Assembly: GCF_017889095.1 (NCBI RefSeq)
Contig: NZ_JAGHEW010000124.1
Location: 1-48,665 of the forward strand
DNA: 48,665 bases
DNA from: Thomasclavelia sp.
Lineage (GTDB): Bacteria > Bacillota_I > Bacilli_A > Erysipelotrichales > Coprobacillaceae
Reading direction: 5' to 3'
In this document: positions 10,309 through 19,800 of the stretch, one piece after another
Layout: each line of letters opens with the position of its first letter
How positions within the stretch are numbered: position 1 is the first letter of the stretch
Position numbers and translations under genes: made by a program
The notes under the pieces: model-generated
The model's input: the letters and a program-made list of their open reading frames with translations, nothing else
What the model was told of the DNA's origin: nothing
The model's database searches: none

Positions 10309-11745
10309 ATGAATAAAATTATTTCAAATCTAATATGGAAATTTAGCGAAAGAATGCTGGCACAAATAGTAACCTTTATTGTTTCGATAGTTCTTGCTAG
10401 GCTACTTTCACCTTCAGAATATGGAACAATAGCTTTGGTAATGGTTTTTATTTCGATTGCTGATGTATTTGCTAATGCTGGTTTTGGAAATGCACTTATA
10501 CAAAAATTAAATGTAGATAATGTAGATTATTCTTCTGTATTATATTTTAGTATATTTTTATCTTTTATAATTTATATCTTATTATTTATTCTAGCTCCTC
10601 ATATTGCTGATCTTTATAATAATGAGTCATTAACCATGATTTTAAGAGTTTTAGGACTAAGAGTGCCTATAGCTGCGTTCAATTCTATACAGCAGGCATA
10701 TGTTTCTAAAAATATGCTTTTTAAAAGGTTTTTCTTTTCTACGTTATTTGGAACAATATTATCAGGATTTGTTGGATGTATAATGGCTTATAAAGGGTTT
10801 GGAATATGGGCTTTAGTAGCCCAGTATTTAACTAATACTGTTGTTGATACTACAGTATTATGGTTTACTGTAAAGTGGAGACCCAATCTTGTATTTTCAT
10901 TTAAAAGAGTTACAGCTCTTTTTTCTTTTGGATGGAAACTGTTACTTTCAAGCTTAATAGATACGGGATATCAGCAGCTTAGAAGTTTAGTTATTGGCGG
11001 TAAATACAGTTCATCTGATTTAGCATATTATAATAGAGGGCAACAGTATCCTCAGTTAGTCGTTACAAATGTTAATACTTCTATTAGCAGTGTTTTATTT
11101 CCGGCAATTTCACAAAATCAGGAGAATTTAGAAATTGTAAGAAATATGACTAGAAAGGCTATAAAAACAAGCTCATATATTATGTGGCCATTAATGTTTG
11201 GATTGGCTGTTATTTCTAAACCTTTAATTTCATGGATGCTTACTGATAAATGGTTGCCATGTGTTCCTTATTTACAAATAGCCTGTTTTACTTATGGATT
11301 TTGGCCTATTCATACTGCAAATTTAGAAGCATTGAAGGCAATAGGTAGAAGTGATTTATTTTTAAAACTGGAAATTATAAAAAAAATTATAGGTATAGTA
11401 TTATTAGTAATTTCAATGAATTATGGAGTTATGGCAATAGCTTTAAGCATGATAGTTTCAACTTTGTTAAGCAGTTTTATCAACGCTTTTCCAAATTCAA
11501 AAATATTAAGATATAGCTATATGGATCAAATAAGAGATCTTTTACCCAGTTTGTTATTATCTTTATTAATGGCAATTATTATTTATCCAGTTAGTTATAT
11601 AATTGATAAATCTCTTTTATTGATTATAGTTCAAGTGATATTGGGTGCAGTCATATATATGTTTTTTTCAATATTGTTTAAATTAGAACCATATACATAT
11701 ATAGTAAACACTATTAAAAATATAAATTCAAAAAATAAATGTTAG
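10309..11745 (+). CDS. wzx: Wzx flippase (WzxC-like)
   Basis: LARLLSPSEYG, GFGNALIQ, WALVAQ, ~12 TM segments. Confidence 0.93.
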   Translation: MNKIISNLIWKFSERMLAQIVTFIVSIVLARLLSPSEYGTIALVMVFISIADVFANAGFGNALIQKLNVDNVDYSSVLYFSIFLSFIIYILLFILAPHIADLYNNESLTMILRVLGLRVPIAAFNSIQQAYVSKNMLFKRFFFSTLFGTILSGFVGCIMAYKGFGIWALVAQYLTNTVVDTTVLWFTVKWRPNLVFSFKRVTALFSFGWKLLLSSLIDTGYQQLRSLVIGGKYSSSDLAYYNRGQQYPQLVVTNVNTSISSVLFPAISQNQENLEIVRNMTRKAIKTSSYIMWPLMFGLAVISKPLISWMLTDKWLPCVPYLQIACFTYGFWPIHTANLEALKAIGRSDLFLKLEIIKKIIGIVLLVISMNYGVMAIALSMIVSTLLSSFINAFPNSKILRYSYMDQIRDLLPSLLLSLLMAIIIYPVSYIIDKSLLLIIVQVILGAVIYMFFSILFKLEPYTYIVNTIKNINSKNKC

Positions 11746-12147
11746 TGTAATAAAATTTAATATAGAGTACTTAGGATAGTAATGATTATGATCAATATTT
11801 TAATACAACTTAAATTGTAAGAGATATTTTATGTTTGGATAATTTATCTTATGGTACGTATTATGATAATAAATAAAAATAAACAGTTTGCTATTATATT
11901 ATTTATACCACTTTTTTAAATTTAAATATGACAAATAATAAATGAATTAATTAGCTATTAGTAACACTATTTAGTGTTTTGTATGTTTAAACAATGATAA
12001 GTGTTTTGGTTATATATTTTATTTTTGCTTTCTTAGAATTGTTTAGAATACGATTAATGAAAAGCAAGTTTTAGAAGCTGTTTATCAAATAGAAACATTT
12101 AATAGGTTAAAAGAAAGTATTAAAGTTTATGATTATGGAGGTAAAAT

Positions 12148-13266
12148 ATGAATAAAATTTTAGTAACAAGATCATCTATGCCAGAAATAGATGAATATAT
12201 TGATGAGATAAAAGATATATGGAATACTCATTGGCTTACTAATATGGGAAGTAAACATAAAAGACTGGAAAGTGAATTAAAAGAATATTTAGATGTAGAA
12301 AATATATCTTTGATGACAAATGGACATTTGTCATTGGAATTAGGAATACAGGCAATGAATTTAACGGGTGAGGTGATAACCACACCTTTTACTTTTGCTT
12401 CAACTACGCATGCAATTGTACGAAATGGACTGACACCAGTATTCTGTGATATCGATCCAGATGACTATACCATTGATGTTACAAAGATTGAAGAGTTAAT
12501 TACTGACAGGACGTCAGCAATTATTCCAGTACATGTTTATGGAAATATATGTAATGTAGAAGAAATTGAAAGAATAGCAAAAAAATATGATTTAAAAGTA
12601 ATATATGATGCTGCCCATACATTTGGTGTCAGATATAAAGGAAAAGGAATCGGTTCATTTGGAGATGCATCAATGTTCAGCTTTCACGCTACAAAAGTAT
12701 TTAATACGATAGAAGGCGGAGCAGTATGTTTTAACGATGAAGAATTTGGAAGAAAACTTTATAAATTAAAAAACTTTGGAATCAAAAATGAAACAGTTGT
12801 CGATGGAGTTGGATCTAATGCGAAGATGAATGAATTTCAGGCCGCTATGGGACTATGCAATTTAAAACATGTAGATGAAGAAATTCAAAAAAGAAAAAAA
12901 ATTGTTGAAAGATACCGTGATAATTTCAATGGTATTGATGGCATCAAACTGTCACCGGTTCAGGAAAATGTAGAATCAAACTATGCATATTTTCCAATTG
13001 TTATCGATGAGAAAGTATTCGGTGTATCCAGAAATGAAATATATGATGAGCTAAAGAAATATGATGTTTTTGCGCGCAAGTATTTTTATCCGCTAACTAA
13101 TACATTTGACTGCTTTCATGGAAAATACGATGTAAATCAGACTCCTGAGGCATTGCATATTTCTAAAAGAGTTTTAACATTACCATTATATGCAGATCTA
13201 AAACCAGATGAAGTAGATCGAATTTGTAAGCTTATTTTAGATATGAAATCAAATTATGCGAGGTAA
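12148..13266 (+). CDS. DegT/DnrJ/EryC1/StrS PLP sugar aminotransferase (VioA-like)
   Basis: ITTPFTFAST, YDAAH, SFHATK (PLP lysine), NAKMNEFQAAMG. Confidence 0.92.
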   Translation: MNKILVTRSSMPEIDEYIDEIKDIWNTHWLTNMGSKHKRLESELKEYLDVENISLMTNGHLSLELGIQAMNLTGEVITTPFTFASTTHAIVRNGLTPVFCDIDPDDYTIDVTKIEELITDRTSAIIPVHVYGNICNVEEIERIAKKYDLKVIYDAAHTFGVRYKGKGIGSFGDASMFSFHATKVFNTIEGGAVCFNDEEFGRKLYKLKNFGIKNETVVDGVGSNAKMNEFQAAMGLCNLKHVDEEIQKRKKIVERYRDNFNGIDGIKLSPVQENVESNYAYFPIVIDEKVFGVSRNEIYDELKKYDVFARKYFYPLTNTFDCFHGKYDVNQTPEALHISKRVLTLPLYADLKPDEVDRICKLILDMKSNYAR

Positions 13267-13271
13267 TTATT

Positions 13272-14549
13272 ATGGCAAAAGATAATATTTTGATTTTTCC
13301 CGCGGGAACAGAAATCTCATTTGAAATATTTAATGCTTTAAAAAATTCTAAATTTGTTACTTTATTTGGCGGTACAAGTATTGATGATCATTCATTAATG
13401 GTATATGAACGAATAATTACTGGCTTCCCCTTTGTTGACGATCCAGATTTCATACCTTTTTTAAATAAGATAATTGATAAATATGATATCGATTATGTTT
13501 ATCCAGCTCATGACAGTGTTGTTATGAATTTAACTGAGAACAGGGAAAAAATTAATGCAAATATAATTACTACGGAATTAGAAACAGTAGAAATATGCCG
13601 TTCAAAAGAAAAAACATATAAATATTTGAAGGACGAAAATTTTATTCCTGAAATCTATTCAGCATGTGAATGTAAGAAATTTCCTGTTTTTTTAAAACCT
13701 AAGGTTGGTCAGGGATCGAAAGGTGCCAGAATCATATGGTCTAAAGAAGAATTAAAAATATATTATACGGATACAGATATAATTTGTGAATATTTACCAG
13801 GTGAAGAAATTACAGTAGACTGTTATACCGGTTGCAGAAACGAGTTAAAAGTTATATCTCCTAGATCGCGTTTAAGGATACGTAATGGGATAGCTGTAAA
13901 ATCAGAAAATATCAAATTAACAGATGAAATCAGACAGATTGCAGAAATTATCAACAGCAGGTTCAAGTTTTTAGGAGCATGGTTTTTTCAATTGAAAAGA
14001 GATTCAGCAGATAACTATAAACTGTTGGAAATATCACCAAGAATTCCTGGAACAATGGGATTGAGCAGAAACAGAGGAATAAATTTTCCTTTACTGTCTA
14101 TATATGCTAATAAGGGAATTGACTGCTCTATTATAACAAATGATTACAGTATTGTACTGGATAGAGCATTTATAAACAGATACAAACTGAATATTAATTA
14201 TAATAAGGTTTATGTTGATTTAGATGATACATTGATCATAAACGAAAAAATAAATGTAACTCTTATGAGCTATCTATATCAGTGTATCAATAAAAATATA
14301 AGTATTTTTCTGTTAACCAGACATGCGAAAAATGTAGATGCTACATTGAAAAAACACAAGATTTCAAAAGAAATTTTTGAAAATATTTATCATATTGGTT
14401 CAGCTAAAAGTAAAGCGGAGTATATAGATCCTAAAAATAGTATTTTTATTGATGATTCATTTGCAGAACGGAATGATGTCAAAAATAAGCTGGGGATATA
14501 TGTTTTTGATATAGATATGATAGAATGCTTAATCGATTGGAGGAAATAG
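13272..14549 (+). CDS. ATP-grasp ligase fused to a C-terminal HAD-like domain
   Basis: FPVFLKPKVGQGSKG, EYLPGEE, LLEISPR ATP-grasp motifs. C-terminal VDLDDTL and FIDDS HAD motifs. Confidence 0.85.
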   Translation: MAKDNILIFPAGTEISFEIFNALKNSKFVTLFGGTSIDDHSLMVYERIITGFPFVDDPDFIPFLNKIIDKYDIDYVYPAHDSVVMNLTENREKINANIITTELETVEICRSKEKTYKYLKDENFIPEIYSACECKKFPVFLKPKVGQGSKGARIIWSKEELKIYYTDTDIICEYLPGEEITVDCYTGCRNELKVISPRSRLRIRNGIAVKSENIKLTDEIRQIAEIINSRFKFLGAWFFQLKRDSADNYKLLEISPRIPGTMGLSRNRGINFPLLSIYANKGIDCSIITNDYSIVLDRAFINRYKLNINYNKVYVDLDDTLIINEKINVTLMSYLYQCINKNISIFLLTRHAKNVDATLKKHKISKEIFENIYHIGSAKSKAEYIDPKNSIFIDDSFAERNDVKNKLGIYVFDIDMIECLIDWRK

Positions 14550-14551
14550 CA

Positions 14552-15799
14552 GTGTGTATAGGATATATAGGTCCTTTTGGAGATTCGAATTTTGGAGATT
14601 ATGCAATGCTTATTAATAATGTATTGGATATAAATACAGGAGAAAAAAATTTAATTTTTACATATGATAGTATAAATACAGAAGAGATATGTAATTATTA
14701 TTTGAAAGATTACGATATTGAATATTTACAAATAGATATAGAAAAACCTGAGATTCAATATAGCAAGGAATATACTGTAGAATTCAATGATTATCCATTT
14801 ATACCTTTAGAAATGTATAAAAAAATAATCAATAGAGATGAGATATTTAAAAAAATAAAAGAAATAGATAAACTAATTGTTATAGGTGGAGGATATTTTA
14901 ATCATTTATGGAATGCTAAACATCGTCAAAATAAGTTGCTGTCAATTATGAGTATTATCCTGAAGGCAAACGAATTAGGAAAACAAATTTATTTTTTAGG
15001 CAATACATACGGCCCATTTTTAAAAAGTGAAGAAATGTTCAGATTATTTTTTTCATCACTGGATTTAGCAAAATTTGCAACCCGTGACAATGTTTATTCA
15101 CCTATATGGTTTAAAACAGTTTGTGATAAAAGACTAGATTTATTGCCAGATGATTTATATTTTTTGAATGATGTATTAAAAAACAGATCAGAAAGAATAA
15201 TTGAAAAAAAATATATTATTCTTGAAGTATATTATTCAATGCAAGAATTAGAAGAAAATGTACAGTATTATAAAGAATTTGTTGACAAAATAAAGAGTAA
15301 ATATGGTTTGGAAGTAATATTTTTACCTTTTGATGTTAAATATGGCGGAGAATACCAGGGTAAATATTTATCATCCAAAATTAGGAACTTAAGATATTTT
15401 CATATTCAAAATGGAAGATTTTTAAAAATTGAAGATACGTTGAATCTTGTAAAAAATGCTGAATTTGTTATCTGTAATAGATATCATTTATTTGTATTTT
15501 CAATTGCAAACAATATACCGGTAATCCAGATATTGAAAGATGTTTTAGGAAATAAGTCATACTACTATACAAAATCAAAGGGCGTACTGGATCAGGTATT
15601 TAAAAATCACTGCTATGATGAATCACTTTTCCTAGCAGTTAATGTGGATGAATGTTTTGATAAAGTTATAAATAATTTAAAAGGAATTATTGAACAACAG
15701 TCTAGATTGTTCAATAATCCAATAAAACAATTTAATGAAAATATAATGTTAAATAATAGAAAAAAATTTTTATATAATATTATAGTAACAAGTAATTAA
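14552..15799 (+). CDS. Polysaccharide pyruvyl transferase family protein
   Basis: GPFGDSNFGD, IGGGYF, GNTYGP, TRD, PDD, NRYH motifs. GTG 14552 follows GGAGG (ORF track start is 14525). Confidence 0.8.
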   Translation: MCIGYIGPFGDSNFGDYAMLINNVLDINTGEKNLIFTYDSINTEEICNYYLKDYDIEYLQIDIEKPEIQYSKEYTVEFNDYPFIPLEMYKKIINRDEIFKKIKEIDKLIVIGGGYFNHLWNAKHRQNKLLSIMSIILKANELGKQIYFLGNTYGPFLKSEEMFRLFFSSLDLAKFATRDNVYSPIWFKTVCDKRLDLLPDDLYFLNDVLKNRSERIIEKKYIILEVYYSMQELEENVQYYKEFVDKIKSKYGLEVIFLPFDVKYGGEYQGKYLSSKIRNLRYFHIQNGRFLKIEDTLNLVKNAEFVICNRYHLFVFSIANNIPVIQILKDVLGNKSYYYTKSKGVLDQVFKNHCYDESLFLAVNVDECFDKVINNLKGIIEQQSRLFNNPIKQFNENIMLNNRKKFLYNIIVTSN

Positions 15800-16039
15800 A
15801 CTATTTTTTGGTGTTTAAATATAATTATATTTGCTTTTTAAATCTAATTCAAAACCTGTTTAATAGATATATTAAGTGATAGAAAAGATTATTATATACT
15901 GGAAATGAATATTAGGTTTGGTGGAGGATATCCTTTTAGTCATATGGTAGATGTTAATCGAGCAATGTCAATAATTAAATGGTTAGTAAATGAAGATGTA
16001 AAAGATAATTTATTAAAGGCAAAAATTGGAGTAAGAGGA

Positions 16040-16685
16040 CATAGAACAGTAAAGCTATTATGTAAATATCTAAAAAAACATCATAATTATTATCTTGTTT
16101 TAGTTTCCTCTTCTATTCAGGCTGGTAGAGAAAATGATTATGGAAAATCTAAGAAAATATGAGAAAAGTATTTGTCAAATTTTGGTCAGGATCACGAGAA
16201 TCCTGTTTTTTTATTTACCGTTTTTGCAAATTTATTTGGAAAAATAATGCAAACTAAATTACAACAGTGTTGTAGCAACATGGTGCTATAATATGACTCA
16301 CGATCTTGATATTCAGATCGATAATCCTAATGCAATAGTTCCTTTATGCTATATAGATGATGTTGTTGATGAAATTATGCATACTGTTACTGGACAGACT
16401 CCTATTAAGAAAGACGGTTATTATACAGTTGAGCCAGTTTATGAAGTCAGTTTAAAGAAATTAAGTGAAATTATCTATTCATTTAAAGAACAGACAAAGA
16501 CATTAATTATGCCTGAAATACCAAATAATTCATTAGAAAAGAAACTGTACAGTACATATCTTTCATATTTGCCAAAGGGAGAAGTCTCAATTTCATTAAG
16601 AATGAATGTAGATAATCGCGGGAGTTTTATTGAATTATTGAAAACAGAAAAATATGGACAGTTTTCTGTGAATATATCAAAATAA
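16040..16685 (+). pseudogene. Fragmented CapF/WbjC/FnlB (UDP-L-FucNAc pathway reductase)
   Basis: Pieces in different frames: LKKHHN..SSSIQAGRENDYGKSKK, ANLFGK, NYNSVVATWCYN, LCYIDDVV, KLYSTYLSYLP, DNRGSFIELLKT..GQFSVNISK*. N-terminus and the rest of the cupin are missing. Confidence 0.85.
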
Positions 16686-16746
16686 GATGAGGGGTATTAT
16701 TTATGATTAATTGTTCTTGAAAATGTGATTAATTATACCTAAAAAA

Positions 16747-16775
16747 TTGATTATTTTCTAAGTTAATATTATAAT
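16747..16775 (+). promoter_or_regulatory. Putative sigma-A promoter for the Roc-COR/AbiH operon
   Basis: TTGATT-17 bp-TATAAT. Confidence 0.55.
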
Positions 16776-16886
16776 GTGTATAGAAAAAAGAAGTTAGTTA
16801 ATGAACTGCAAAAATTTAATTAAAAATGGTAAGATATTATATAGACAATTATGTTGATATTTGGTGCAAATAGCTTATGAGGGGAG

Positions 16887-19800
16887 TTGAAGGGATATAT
16901 GCTAATAACAGAAATAAAAGTAACAATAATTAATAAAAATAATTACAAAGCTTTAGTGGATATTAATTTGAATAATGTTGTATGTGTTAAAGCAATAAAG
17001 ATATTTGAGTATAATGGTCAATATCAATTATCGATACCTAGTACGAAAATCAATAACAAAGACATAAGTTTAGTACTTCCAATTAATAAAAAATCACGTA
17101 AACAATTAGAAAAATTATTGTTTCAGGCCTATCATATATCTGAAAAAGATACTCAAAATACAAGTATATTTGTTCTTGAAAATCGTTTTAGAAGATTAGA
17201 TTTTTTTGATCAAGAAATTCAGCATTTTAATATGCTAAAAGAATTTACTGATCTTGATGATAAAAAATATATCATACCTTTTAATTCAATTGATGTGAGC
17301 ATTAATAAATATGATAATAACTATTGTTTAGCATTTGTAAGAATTATATTAGATGATATTATGGCTATTGATTTTTTAAAAATTAAAAAAACTAAAAATA
17401 ATTTAATGAGAGTTGCTTTCCCAGTAAAGAAAATAGGGGCAAAGTATAAAAATGATATATTTCCTATAAATTCAAAAGCTAGACAATATTTAGAAAATGT
17501 TATTTTTTATGCTTATAATACTATGATTGAAAACAATGATTCAAAAATAAAATATAGTACACAAAGAATAACTTCAAACAATTACTTGATTAATGATATT
17601 GGCCAATCCCAAATAATTGAAAATATATATGAATTATTAAAAAATGCATCTATTTATGGATTGATACCAATAGATGAAGTAGAAAATATATTAGAACTAA
17701 ATCAAATTGATTGGAGAAATATATTTAATATATATAGATTAGAAGAATTGGTTGAGATATTAGACTTTATGACTATAAAAGATTTTAAAATAAATTCAGA
17801 TCAAAATTACAAATATGTTATATTATCATTAAAAAATCAGGACAATCAGAATAATGAATTGCAATATCCTTTCTTACCAATTGGAAAATATTATTATGAT
17901 ACTAATGAAGAGTTATATGAATCAGCGTGGGAAAATATTCAATCAGCATATCAAAGTAAAGAGGCAATAATTTGTGTTGTCTTTGAATATAATAAAGTTG
18001 ATGAATGTTTATTACTTTTTTATCATGGTATCCTTGGATATTTACCTAGAGATTATTTAACAAATAATCAATTTCTAGATATACAATACTTTATAGGAAA
18101 TACTATCAAATGCTATGTTACTGATATTAACAAAGAAAAAAATGTATTTTATGCTGATAGACTTAAGATTGAAAGAGATGCTAGACAATTTATTAAAGAT
18201 AATAATCCCGATGTTGAATGTATGGGTGTTGTACGAAAAATTGGTAGTGATAAAAGTTATGCTTTAGTAGATATTATGGAAGGGAATCATGCATTTCTAG
18301 GTTTTGATCAAATATCTTTTTTACCTAGAACTGGATTCAATATAGATGATGTCCTACGAAAAGATCAAATAATTAATGGCTATGTAACGATTCAACATAA
18401 TAACAATAATTCTATTCTATTTTTTATGAGAATCAAAAATTATATATTAGATTTTCAAAAAATGAGTAGTGAATTAAAAAAAGGTCAAATAATATCAGGT
18501 TTATTAAGACAAGATATTTTAGAAGAAGATATTTATTATTTAAGGTTTAATAATTATTTTTGCGTGAAAATTCAATATGAATATCTTGTTAATAAAGATG
18601 ATGTTTTTGATGTGGAAATTACAAGTATTGATCATGAAAATGAAGAAATTCATGGTAAGGTTATTAATAAAGAAAATAATGAAAATCTAAAAAAGATATT
18701 AAAACCATCAATTCCTGAAAATAAATTAGGATCATTATTTGAAAAATCTATCAATGCTGTAGTGAGTCCATATGCTTATAGAGCTAATGAAACTTACATA
18801 ATAAAAGAAATGGAATTTAAAATTAAAACCAGATATTCGTATGGTGTTATTGAAAATTTAATAAAGGAAAAAATAATAACGAAAGAGCATTTAATCATTT
18901 TACAAATCATTAATGACTTACATTATACAACTACTAAACATTTAAGATCATTTAACTATACTTCTGAACAATATCTACATTTAAATTCTGATAAATTTTT
19001 CAACAGGATTAATTCATTAAAAAAACGTCAATTAATTGAAATATATAACTTTAAAAGTTCAGGGGACACACCTGCCTATTATAATTTTTACAAAATATCA
19101 GGATTAGGAAAAAAAGTAATAAAAAATATATATAAAAAAACAACACCAGGCAATTCTTATTTAATTGATATATTAAAAGCAGAGAGAATAAAAGGTATTT
19201 TAGCAGCTAATCAATTCTTTGTCTCTTGTAAAGAACGGATTAGTTCTCATATCAATTATCATGTCCAATGTAAACTAAGAATATTAGGGACACAAATAAA
19301 ACCCACATCAATTATTGAATTTGAAAAATCAATCATGATTATTGAATCAATTAGAAATTGTGATGATGAAAAAGAGCGAATATTAGAGAAATGTGAAAGA
19401 TATGATACTTTATTTAATCAATATAAAATGGGAACGCTAATATATAAAAATCAAGATTTTTTAAAGAAAAAAATGTATTATGTTTTTATAGGCGAGGATT
19501 TTGAACATACGAAAGATATTTCTCATTTTATAAAAGATTTTTCTTTTTCAAAAGAAGTTTTTTATACATATGACCTTCTTATCTTTATGCAAAGTCCAGA
19601 ATTTGCTTTATATAGATTTGTAGATAATGAAAGTGATGCTGTTCATTATTATAGCATAGCAGATTTAGTAAAGGAAAATACCGAGTGTTTTACATCAACA
19701 CCAATATATCATAACCAACTCATTTATGAAAATTATACATTTAATTCATTTCCGAAAATGTATTTAAAACTGTTATTGACTAGATATAATGAAGAAAAAA

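Noticed and set aside
15905-16162. 85-aa and 130-aa (16293-16685) ORFs as independent proteins
   Set aside because: They are fragments of one capF-like pseudogene plus unrelated 5' sequence.
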